This document shows positions 6,907 through 14,959 of a stretch of 24,000 bases of DNA, in pieces. The stretch is from Acidisoma cellulosilyticum (GTDB lineage: Bacteria; Pseudomonadota; Alphaproteobacteria; Acetobacterales; Acetobacteraceae). The stretch is taken from positions 458,691 to 482,690 of the forward strand of contig NZ_JAESVA010000004.1 in the NCBI RefSeq assembly GCF_020621385.1, read 5' to 3'. A program made the translations under genes and the position numbers. The notes beneath the pieces were generated by a model. That model did no database searches and was not told where the DNA came from. It saw only the letters and a list, made by a program, of their open reading frames with translations. Position 1 is the first letter of the stretch. The number at the start of each line of letters is the position of its first letter.

Positions 6907-8118
6907 ATGACATTCGATAATCCATCCCTTCCGGCGGCACCGATCAACCGCCGCATCTCCCTCCGCACCGTCATGGACGCGCTGCTCCACCAAGGACCGA
7001 TATCGCGGGCGGATATCGCCAAAGTGACGGGATTATCGAAGCAGACCTCGTCCGAAGTGGTCCGCATGCTGGAGGAGGGGGGCTGGATCCAGAGCATCGG
7101 CAATACCAAAGGGGCGGTCGGGCGCAGCGCGGTACTGTACGAATTGCGGCGTGACCGCGGGATGGTCGTGGGCGTCGATCTGGGCAGCAACAAGCTCCAT
7201 GCGGCCCTCGTTAATCTGGCCGGCGATGTGGTGGCGGAGGAGCTTGCCGTGACGGACGCGCAAGGCGGCATGCAGGTATTGCAGCAGGTGGCCGAACTCG
7301 TCACCAAACTCGCCAACCGTTCGAAGCCTGCCGATGCCACGCTTCTGACCGTGGCCGTCGGCTGCCCCGGGGCGCTTGATCCCACCTCAGGGTCTATCCG
7401 CTTTGCACCCAATATTCCCGGCCTCGATAAGATCGATGCTCTGGGCACGCTCAAGAAAGCGCTGAATTGCCCGTCTCTCACGATTGAAAACGACGTCAAT
7501 CTCGGCGTGCTGGGGGAGCAGTGGTATGGGGCCGCCGCAGGATCTGACGACCTTGTCTATGCCGCGCTTGGCGTCGGTGTCGGGCTGGGCCTGCTGGTGA
7601 ACGGCAAGCTTGCGCGGGGCGCGCATGGAGCGGCCGGTGAGATCGCTTTCCTGCCGATCGGTCCCGATCCCTTTTCGCCGGGAAGTCTGTCCACCGGTAC
7701 CTTGGAGCAGGAGATCGGATCACCGGGCATTTTGCGACGTCATGCGGCCGCCGGCGGTGAGGAGAAGTCTGTCCGGGACATCTTCGATGCAGCACTTCAA
7801 GGATCGTCCATTGCCAAGGCGACGATCGATGAGACGGGGCGACTGCTGGCACTTGGCCTTGCCGCCGTCACGGCACTTCTAGATCCCGCCGTCATCGTAC
7901 TCGGCGGAAGCATCGGCGTTCGCCCGGAATTGCTGGAGCCGGTGCGTCGCTATCTTGCGGCCTGCACGCCACTGCCGCCGCCGGTCGAACCCAGCCGGTT
8001 GGGCACGCGCGCTACCTTGATGGGCGCGGCGGCATCCGCGCTTCACCGGGCGCATAATGAGCTATTCGGCGCGCTGGACCTTGGCGTGGCGTTGAGCCTG
8101 CCTAGGCCAAGCCTGTGA
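6907..8118 (+). CDS. ROK-family transcriptional regulator (N-terminal wHTH plus sugar-kinase-like domain), atypical: lacks the zinc-binding His/Cys motif
   Basis: ORF 6883-8118 trimmed to ATG 6907, with GAGG 6 nt upstream. wHTH sequence LLHQGPISRADIAKVTGLSKQTSSEVVRMLEEGGWI. ROK signature-1-like LGVGVGLGLLVNGKLARGAHGAAGE. The 3' end overlaps the convergent ATPase gene by 17 nt. Confidence 0.85.
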   Translation: MTFDNPSLPAAPINRRISLRTVMDALLHQGPISRADIAKVTGLSKQTSSEVVRMLEEGGWIQSIGNTKGAVGRSAVLYELRRDRGMVVGVDLGSNKLHAALVNLAGDVVAEELAVTDAQGGMQVLQQVAELVTKLANRSKPADATLLTVAVGCPGALDPTSGSIRFAPNIPGLDKIDALGTLKKALNCPSLTIENDVNLGVLGEQWYGAAAGSDDLVYAALGVGVGLGLLVNGKLARGAHGAAGEIAFLPIGPDPFSPGSLSTGTLEQEIGSPGILRRHAAAGGEEKSVRDIFDAALQGSSIAKATIDETGRLLALGLAAVTALLDPAVIVLGGSIGVRPELLEPVRRYLAACTPLPPPVEPSRLGTRATLMGAAASALHRAHNELFGALDLGVALSLPRPSL

Positions 8119-8839
8119 TCATGGAGACGATTTCGTTTCGGGTGACCTCGTCGGTCCGACGAATGCCGATCTGCTCCCCATGGCGCAAAACGCAAATGCG
8201 ATCGGCAAGACGAAAGACCTGATCGAGATTGTGGCTGACGAGCAGGATAGAACGCCGTCGGGCGCGAAGGCCCGCGATGATGGACTCGACTCTCATTGTT
8301 TCCGCGACGCCCAGCGCGGCGGTCGGTTCGTCCATCAATACGAGGTTTGACGCCCATCGCGTGGCGCGCGCGATGGCGATGCCTTGCCGCTGACCGCCGG
8401 ACAGGTCGCGAATAACGGTGCCGGCGGAGGGAATGCGGACATCAAGGTCCTTCATCAGGGCCTCGGTCTCCGCGATCATCCGCCGACGGTCCAATCGTCG
8501 TAGCGGCCCCCGCGTCAATTCACGGCCCAGGAACAGGTTCATGTAAACGGTCTGGCTGTCAGCCAAAGCGAGATCCTGATAGACGACCTGGATGCCGTGA
8601 TGCTGGCTTTCCGCAGGGTCCCGGAAGGAAACGGCTTTCCCCTCTATCACCATGCGGCCCGTGGTCATTGGCTGGACGCCGGAAATGATTTTGACCAGGG
8701 TCGATTTGCCGGCGCCGTTGTCGCCCACCAGCGCCACGATCTCCCCCGGCATGATATCCAGCGAGAACTCCTGAATAGCGGTGATCCCGCCGAACATCTT
8801 ATGGACCGACTGCAGGCTCAGCACGGGCTCGCTGGACAT
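8102..8839 (-). CDS. Sugar ABC transporter ATP-binding protein, single-NBD FrcA-like (CUT2 type)
   Basis: 245 aa with Walker A GDNGAGKST, signature LSGGQRQ and Walker B LVLMDEPTAALG. Collinear by eye with rhizobial FrcA. GGAGG SD 6 nt upstream. Confidence 0.9.
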   Translation of the reverse strand: MSSEPVLSLQSVHKMFGGITAIQEFSLDIMPGEIVALVGDNGAGKSTLVKIISGVQPMTTGRMVIEGKAVSFRDPAESQHHGIQVVYQDLALADSQTVYMNLFLGRELTRGPLRRLDRRRMIAETEALMKDLDVRIPSAGTVIRDLSGGQRQGIAIARATRWASNLVLMDEPTAALGVAETMRVESIIAGLRARRRSILLVSHNLDQVFRLADRICVLRHGEQIGIRRTDEVTRNEIVSMITGLA

Positions 8840-8851
8840 CCTGGCCTCCTC

Positions 8852-10048
8852 TCAGCCTGGCCAGTCTATGGGGCGGCCGAAAGCATCATGGATTGTGCCG
8901 ACGCTCGGATTGCCGGATGAAAGGCCGGCAATGCCCACGACATAAGCGCGGGTGACGAAGGCCTGCGGGCGAAATCCGAAGACGACGCTGTCGCCGATCT
9001 GCGGTGCCCTTGGCCCTTCGACATCGATCATGCCGTAATAATCGATGGCGCTTGGCGGTGGAATCTCGACGCCATGCAGGGTCTCGGGACCTGATGCGGG
9101 CTCACGCGCGACCACGACGTTCATGGCATAATCAGGGAAAACCGGATCGACATAAAGGCCGCCGCCGAAGCAATAGGCGCGGCCGGCATGGATGTGCGAA
9201 ACCTCGCTGAGATAGGCGACTGCCGGGCGTTCGGGCAAATCATGGAGAGCGTGCAGCGGCGTCGTTCCGGTCAGACCATGGCCGGGCTCGCATTGCGTGG
9301 CGCCGTGATCGGCCAGACGCTGCAGGAAGATGGCGGAGTTTGTTCCCGGCGCATTGACCTCGATATCCCGTCTTCCGGACTTGGCGAGGGCTTCGACCGC
9401 GCGCGCCAGCGTGCCAAGGTTATGGGTTGTGTCGGCATCGCCCAGTTCCGGGGAGAACAGCAGGGCAGGGAATGTGGTGATGCCGGCGAAGCGCGCGCCA
9501 GGCAGGGCGTCAAGCGCATTCGCGACGTCGACCACCGTCTCGGCCGGAAATCCGCCCTCATGGCCATTGTAGAACCGATCTCCTGGCGCAAACAGACGGG
9601 CGAGCAATGCCTGTTCACGTCCAGCCGCCTGGTTTGCGGCGGCCGCTTCCGCCGCCTTCTCCCGATTGAAGACCGTCCAATAATCCGGCCGCATCGCGGC
9701 GCCGGCGGCGGCCTCCGCCCGGGGCACCTGAACGAGATGCCCGAGATGCCCGAGGCTCAGGCCAGCCCGAACACAGGCGCGAGCGCATTCCATATCGACG
9801 GCGACCGCGTGGGTTATACCGCCGGCAAGGACCGACCGGCAGAAATCGCCGTTGCGACCCATCTGCTTCGTCATCGCGAAGATCTTGAGGCCCGCGCGGT
9901 CGGCTGCCGCCTTGATGATGGACGCGTTCTCCGCCACGGCATCGAGATCGATGACATAGCTATTGGCGGGGATTTGCCCGGCCTGATGGAAGGCGATCGC
10001 CTGTTCGATGAGAGCCGGATTGCGGCGGCGGAGGACATCAAGAAACAT
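8852..10048 (-). CDS. YhfX-like fold-type III (alanine-racemase-fold) PLP-dependent enzyme, function unknown
   Basis: ORF 8852-10114 trimmed to ATG 10048 (MFLDVLRRRNPALIEQAI...), with AGAGGA SD overlapping the permease stop. Collinear with my recollection of E. coli YhfX (MTKQxGRN with the putative PLP lysine, GHLGHLVQ(V/I)P, EPGH(A/G)LTGT(T/I)P, FGFRxQxFVTR). Confidence 0.75.
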   Translation of the reverse strand: MFLDVLRRRNPALIEQAIAFHQAGQIPANSYVIDLDAVAENASIIKAAADRAGLKIFAMTKQMGRNGDFCRSVLAGGITHAVAVDMECARACVRAGLSLGHLGHLVQVPRAEAAAGAAMRPDYWTVFNREKAAEAAAANQAAGREQALLARLFAPGDRFYNGHEGGFPAETVVDVANALDALPGARFAGITTFPALLFSPELGDADTTHNLGTLARAVEALAKSGRRDIEVNAPGTNSAIFLQRLADHGATQCEPGHGLTGTTPLHALHDLPERPAVAYLSEVSHIHAGRAYCFGGGLYVDPVFPDYAMNVVVAREPASGPETLHGVEIPPPSAIDYYGMIDVEGPRAPQIGDSVVFGFRPQAFVTRAYVVGIAGLSSGNPSVGTIHDAFGRPIDWPG

Positions 10049-10058
10049 GGATTTTCCT

Positions 10059-11042
10059 CTAGCTTCGCTTTTCGCGCAGCGTTGTAGCGACGGCGACGAG
10101 AATGATAAGGCCACGGACCATCATCTGTTCCGCAACCGTCAGGCCCATCAGGATAAGCCCGTTGTTGAGCATGCCCATCAGCAGCGATCCGATCAGCGCG
10201 CCCACGACACTGCCAGTGCCGCCGTTCAATCTTGTGCCGCCGACAATGACGGCCGCGATGACCGTCAGGAGGTCGGAATCGCCGAGCGTATAGCGGGCGC
10301 CGTATAGCCGGCCGGCATAGAGCAAGCCCGCGAGCGCGGCACCCATCGCGCTGATGACGAGAACGCCAAGGCGCAGGCGGTCGACGCCGATACCGGCGGC
10401 GCGTGCCGCGCGATGATTGTCGCCGGTTGCCAGAACATGCGCGCCGAACTTGCTCTCACGGAAGACAAAATGCCCGGTGATGGTTGCCGCTATCGTCCAG
10501 ATCACCAGGGACGGAACGCCGAACAGGCTTCCCGCGCCGAACATGCCTGTAAAGGTCGGGTCGGTCACCGGAATGGAGCGAAGATTGGTCAGCCATCGCC
10601 CCACGCCGGCCAGCAGCCCCATGGATGCCAGGGTCACCAGAAAGGACGGGAGCCTGAGATAGGCGACAAGCGCACCGTTCATCAAACCGATCGCCGCGCC
10701 GGCCGCCAGACCGGCGACGACGCCCAGTTCCCAGACATGGTTCTGCATGGTGACAGCCGCGACGAGCGCCGAAATCGCGACGACCGAGCCGATGGAGAGG
10801 TCGATCTCACCAGCCGTGAGGGCAAAGACCATGCCGACCGCCATGACGGTGATGGGCGCGGTCTCCTGCACGATATTGACGAGGTTGGACCGCGTCAGGA
10901 AACCGTCACCCTGCAATGCCAGGGCAAAAAACGCGAAGATGGCCAGAAATCCGACATAGACGATGTAGCGGCTGGTATCGAGCCTGGCCAATCTGCCGAG
11001 CATGACCCTGGGGCCTTTCTGTTGCGTCACGTCTGACGTCAC
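10059..11042 (-). CDS. Sugar ABC transporter permease (RbsC/FrcC-like, BPD_transp_2 type)
   Basis: 327 aa, multi-pass hydrophobic, with GEIDLSIGS and GGTxLxGGxG motifs typical of CUT2 permeases. GTG start 10 nt after the SBP stop. ATG 11003 is an alternative. Confidence 0.9.
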   Translation of the reverse strand: MTSDVTQQKGPRVMLGRLARLDTSRYIVYVGFLAIFAFFALALQGDGFLTRSNLVNIVQETAPITVMAVGMVFALTAGEIDLSIGSVVAISALVAAVTMQNHVWELGVVAGLAAGAAIGLMNGALVAYLRLPSFLVTLASMGLLAGVGRWLTNLRSIPVTDPTFTGMFGAGSLFGVPSLVIWTIAATITGHFVFRESKFGAHVLATGDNHRAARAAGIGVDRLRLGVLVISAMGAALAGLLYAGRLYGARYTLGDSDLLTVIAAVIVGGTRLNGGTGSVVGALIGSLLMGMLNNGLILMGLTVAEQMMVRGLIILVAVATTLREKRS

Positions 11043-11052
11043 GACCGCGATC

Positions 11053-12129
11053 CTATTTAAGCGCGTCGATGACCGATTTCGGTGCCTCGCGATGCAGCGA
11101 CGCCTCGTAGCCGGCCAGCAGATTGGCTTTGGTGATGGTCATGGCCGGCGCGACAATAAAGCCGGGGCAAGGCTTGCCGAGCAGGCCATAGGCCGCGGCG
11201 GTTGCCATGGTACGCCCGAGTTCATAGGTCGCGTCGGCGACGATCGCAGCCACATTGCCGTTCTGGGCCATGTCGAGCGCGATGGGTTCGGACAGATCCA
11301 GCGTCACGATCTTTGTATGCTTGTTTCCAGCGGCACGCAGAGCGGCCAGAACACCCTCCGCAGGCTCGGCCCAGGTGACATAGATACCGTCGAGACCGGG
11401 CGTCTTCGTCAGCATGGCATTGGCGATGTCTTCGGCATTGGCCGGATCGGAAATGCCCTGCTGCTCGTTGATGGTGATATTCTTGTATTGATCCTCGATG
11501 GTGGATTTGAAGGCCTGATCGCGCTGGTTGGTGACGTAATATTGGGCATCATGGAAAATATAGCCGACCTTGCCCTTGTCGCCGATTGCGCTGGCAAGCG
11601 CATCGGCCGCGCGACTGCCCATGGCATGCAGGTCGTCGGTCACGATCGCGACGTAATCCTTGCCGGCCTTGTAGCCGTTGGGAACATTGGACAGAAAGAC
11701 CAGCTTCGTGCCGTCCGCCAGGGCCGGACGGAAGGCCGCGGCCGAGCCGACGGGATCGAGCGGCAGCGACAGGATGACGCTCGGCCGCCGTGCGGTGATC
11801 GTCTGCACGTCATCCATCTGCTTCGCCGAGTCAAAGCCTGCATCCGTCGTCGCTATGACCTTGATGCCGAGCTTGGCGAATGTATCGGTCGCACCGGCGG
11901 TAACGCCGTTGGTGAAATCGGACGTGGTGTGCCAAACGAAAGCGGCCGTGTAATGACCAGCCTTAAGCTTCGCGATCTCAACCGGCGTGAGAGACAGGGC
12001 GCTTGACGGTGTGGCGCTTTCGCCATGCGGTCCGACAGTCGCGGGGGCAGCGGCATAGACCTCAGTCGTGTAAGCAAGACCGAGGAGAATGGCGGCGGTC
12101 GCGAGAAGTTTTGAACTCAGTCTTGTCAT
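11053..12129 (-). CDS. Periplasmic sugar-type ABC substrate-binding protein (PBP type I, RbsB-like)
   Basis: ORF 11053-12225 trimmed to ATG 12129 (MTRLSSKLLATAAILLGLAYTTEVYA/AAP), with AGGAG SD 7 nt upstream. It has a signal peptide and a periplasmic-binding-protein-1-like body. Confidence 0.88.
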   Translation of the reverse strand: MTRLSSKLLATAAILLGLAYTTEVYAAAPATVGPHGESATPSSALSLTPVEIAKLKAGHYTAAFVWHTTSDFTNGVTAGATDTFAKLGIKVIATTDAGFDSAKQMDDVQTITARRPSVILSLPLDPVGSAAAFRPALADGTKLVFLSNVPNGYKAGKDYVAIVTDDLHAMGSRAADALASAIGDKGKVGYIFHDAQYYVTNQRDQAFKSTIEDQYKNITINEQQGISDPANAEDIANAMLTKTPGLDGIYVTWAEPAEGVLAALRAAGNKHTKIVTLDLSEPIALDMAQNGNVAAIVADATYELGRTMATAAAYGLLGKPCPGFIVAPAMTITKANLLAGYEASLHREAPKSVIDALK

Positions 12130-12163
12130 CCTATCGCTCCTGTTGATTGGTCCAGCCCCTGCG

Positions 12164-13411
12164 TCAGGCTGTCGTCTGGCCGTAGCTCGCCAAAAAAATC
12201 GCGAGGGCCAAAATGCCGTCTGCATAGGCGCCCAGGCTCACACGCTCTTCCAATGTATGGCAATGGACGAAATCGCCCGGCGAGAAATAGACGACAGGCG
12301 CGCCGCGCGCGGACAGGAACGGGCCTTCCGACCAGCCGGCGCAGGGGCCGATGCGCCCAGCCGCTGGTACCACGCTGCGGATGGCATCGATCAGCATGCC
12401 AATCGCAGGCACAGCCGCGTCCGTGACAAGCGGCGTGCCGCCGATACTGCTGTCGCGTCCCGCTGGATAGCCGAAGGTGACCGTGATGAGATCGTCCGTG
12501 ATCGCGTTTCGCACGACAGTTTCAAGCCGCTGCCGCTCCACCTCCGCGTCCTCGCCCGGGATCAGCTTGCGGATGAGACTGATGCGACAATCGCCGGGCA
12601 CGGCAATATAGCCGCCGGCATTGACGCCGGTGACGACCAGGAAGCCGGGCCCGATCATCGGATCCGACCCTGCGGCGCGGATCTCATCCGATAGCTGCCA
12701 TAGCGCCGTCAGGATGGCATTGCCGGCCTTCAGCGCGTCGACGCCTTGCTCAGGCAAGCCGAAATAGGCTGACTTGCCATTGACCGTTATGTCGCAGATG
12801 AAAAACCCCATATGGGCGGTATAGACATCGAGGCTCGACGGTTCGCCGTAGATGGCGAGGTCGGGTATCGGCCATAGGCCGGTATCATAGACCGGCATCA
12901 GCGCCTTCATGCCCGCACTGACGCCGGACCCTGGCTCCCCACTCTCCTCATCGCCGACGAAGGCCAGTTGCAGGTTGCAGCTTGGCGCGATGCCCGCGCG
13001 GTTGAGAAGGTCGATGGCCGAGAGTGCGGTCGCAATCCCGATCTTCATATCCGCCGTTCCGCGTCCCCAGATCTCCCCATCAACCTCGGTAGCCGCAAAG
13101 GCGTTCGCGCGATCGGTTCCAGCCCATCGCTCCTGCCACCCGCGGACATGCACGGTATCCGTGTGACCCACGAGGAGTACCGTGGGCCGGTCCGACGCGA
13201 TCGAGCGCCTTGCGCGCACATTGAAGCGACCTGTGGCGAAGGCCCATCGCGTGACCTCATCCAGTCCCAGGGTCTGAAGGTCGACTTCCAGCAGCGCCGC
13301 GATGTCATCCTCTTGCCCGGTGACGCTCGGGCAATGCACAAGCCGCTTCAGCCGGTCGATGGCGGCATCCGGATCAAGGGCCGCCTTGAGGCGATCTCTC
13401 AACATGGTCAT
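12164..13411 (-). CDS. M20-family metallo-amidohydrolase (ArgE/DapE/aminoacylase-like)
   Basis: ORF 12164-13444 trimmed to ATG 13411, with GGAGAG upstream. ATG 13405 and the annotated 13444 are alternatives. M20 metal/catalytic motifs LLVGHTDTV, GRGTADMK and VGDEESG are present. Confidence 0.85.
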   Translation of the reverse strand: MTMLRDRLKAALDPDAAIDRLKRLVHCPSVTGQEDDIAALLEVDLQTLGLDEVTRWAFATGRFNVRARRSIASDRPTVLLVGHTDTVHVRGWQERWAGTDRANAFAATEVDGEIWGRGTADMKIGIATALSAIDLLNRAGIAPSCNLQLAFVGDEESGEPGSGVSAGMKALMPVYDTGLWPIPDLAIYGEPSSLDVYTAHMGFFICDITVNGKSAYFGLPEQGVDALKAGNAILTALWQLSDEIRAAGSDPMIGPGFLVVTGVNAGGYIAVPGDCRISLIRKLIPGEDAEVERQRLETVVRNAITDDLITVTFGYPAGRDSSIGGTPLVTDAAVPAIGMLIDAIRSVVPAAGRIGPCAGWSEGPFLSARGAPVVYFSPGDFVHCHTLEERVSLGAYADGILALAIFLASYGQTTA

Positions 13412-13480
13412 CGAACACTCTCCAGCGGGCGGAAGCGACGACACAGGCGCCGCTTCCTTGGTAGGCGAGGATGGGCCGAA

Positions 13481-14896
13481 CTACTCGAAAGCGCGACCCA
13501 TCCCGGTCATGACGGATTTACGGAATCGCGCCAGCCAGAGTGAATAGAGGACACCGAAGACGATCCATATGCCGACGACATAAGGTACGGCCGTCATGGG
13601 GGCGGTGCCACCACCGACCGGAAGGGTCGACATCAGCACGCCCTTCAGCGGCAATAGAAGCAGGAGGGTCGCGATCAGGGGCACAAGCGCATGCTTGATC
13701 CAGCTGAATTCCGCGCCGCGGCGGCGATAGAAGGCAAACAGGCTGGCGCAGATCACGATATAGACGAGCACGATCGCAAGCCCCAGCACGGTACCCGCCC
13801 AGCCATAGACAGTCATCGGATCCCAGGTGAAGCCGAGAATCAGGGTGAGGGCGAGGGAGAGCGCCATATAAAGAACGGCGGCTTTCGCGGGCACCTGGCG
13901 CCCTGAAACCTCCCCAAGCACCGGTGGCAGAACGCGCTCGCGGCCCATGGCGTAAAGGATGCGGATGACGGAGTTGAAACCGGCCAGAAGATTGGCGAAG
14001 ATCGAGTTCAGCACCACGAGCTGGACGACAATGCCGGCGCCGTGACCCCAAAAGGCGTGAAACAACGGGTCCCAGGGATTGCCGCCTTTGTTGATGGCTC
14101 CCAGCACGTCTTTTACATGCGACGGCCCGTAGCCGGTGACGGCCGCCAAGGCGGACACAAGGTAGAAGATACCGATACCGCCCACGCACAGCATCAGCGC
14201 GCGAGGGATATTATGCTTGGGGTCGCGGGTTTCTTCACCCATGGTCGCGGCACTTTCGAAGCCGACGAACATCAGGATGAACCACAGCACTGCGGTGCCG
14301 ATGCCATTCAGGCTGCCGGATGCTGGTGCGCTGGCCGGATTGAACGTCGTCAGGGCAATGCCTTGCCCGCCGCCATGAATAAGAACGGTCAGAAAAAACA
14401 GCATCATCACGACAATTTCGACGAGCAGCATGACGATCGCGACTTTGACCGAGACCCCGATACCGCGACAAGCGAGAAACAGGATGAGCGCTGCCACGAT
14501 CACGGAATAGACAGCCCAGGACAAGCTGATGCCAGTTATCTGGGCCAAGAACTGCGCCAGAAAATAGCCGATTGCGGCCAGCAGCATCGGCGCCAGCATC
14601 GCATAGCCGCCGACCAGCAGCCAGCCCGTGACAAATCCGACCTTGGGACCCAGGCCGCGCACGGCAAAGGTATAGGCAAATCCGGCGGTCGGAATTTGCT
14701 TTGCGAATTGCGCGATGACGAAGGCGATAAAGAAAGTGGCAACCATGGCCAGGATCAGGGCAAAGCCGATGGCATTGCCGGCATTCTGGATGCCAAGCCC
14801 GGTATTGAAATAGACCGAGGTGGCCGGCCCCATGAAAGCGCAGGTCGCGGCAATGGCCCCGAACAGGCTGATAGCATTTTTGCGCAACTCAGCCAA
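13481..14896 (-). CDS. APC-superfamily amino acid (or amine) permease
   Basis: 471 aa, about 12 hydrophobic segments, and FVGFESAATMGEETRDPKHNIPRAL, which is typical of APC permeases. The start codon is TTG (checked in the sequence) with a G-rich SD-like GGGGGTG upstream. The next in-frame ATG is at codon 22. Confidence 0.88.
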   Translation of the reverse strand: MAELRKNAISLFGAIAATCAFMGPATSVYFNTGLGIQNAGNAIGFALILAMVATFFIAFVIAQFAKQIPTAGFAYTFAVRGLGPKVGFVTGWLLVGGYAMLAPMLLAAIGYFLAQFLAQITGISLSWAVYSVIVAALILFLACRGIGVSVKVAIVMLLVEIVVMMLFFLTVLIHGGGQGIALTTFNPASAPASGSLNGIGTAVLWFILMFVGFESAATMGEETRDPKHNIPRALMLCVGGIGIFYLVSALAAVTGYGPSHVKDVLGAINKGGNPWDPLFHAFWGHGAGIVVQLVVLNSIFANLLAGFNSVIRILYAMGRERVLPPVLGEVSGRQVPAKAAVLYMALSLALTLILGFTWDPMTVYGWAGTVLGLAIVLVYIVICASLFAFYRRRGAEFSWIKHALVPLIATLLLLLPLKGVLMSTLPVGGGTAPMTAVPYVVGIWIVFGVLYSLWLARFRKSVMTGMGRAFE

Positions 14897-14908
14897 GGAA
14901 CACCCCCA

Positions 14909-14959
14909 TTAAGTTCGTCACCCTGACGAATTAACAGTGATTTGAATTCCAAACGCAAG
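14909..14959 (-). promoter_or_regulatory. Putative sigma70-type promoter plus 26-bp near-palindromic operator in front of the APC/M20/ABC/PLP operon
   Basis: On the minus strand: CTTGCG (14959-14954), 18 nt, GTTAAT (14935-14930). Inverted repeat TTAATTCGTCA-GGG-TGACGAA(C)TTAA at 14934-14909. Its core is a perfect 7-bp arm with a 3-nt spacer (14914-14930 on the plus strand), and the outer TTAA arms are offset by one extra base. It sits 13-38 nt upstream of the TTG start. Confidence 0.35.

Noticed and set aside
6625-6993. 122-aa minus-strand ORF spanning the GntR/ROK spacer, with an NDLILGAG...NDTIVLGDD segment faintly reminiscent of RTX-type repeats.
   Set aside because: It overlaps the ends of two supported genes and its only upstream start lies inside the ROK coding region. 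The repeat resemblance is too weak and short. At most it is a decayed remnant (see the spacer finding).
13431-13457. 7-bp stem (GGAAGCG / CGCTTCC, 13-nt loop) in the 69-nt gap between the APC permease and M20 genes.
   Set aside because: It has no U-tract on the transcribed minus strand, a large loop and a modest stem. It may be an mRNA stability element but is not supportable as a terminator.
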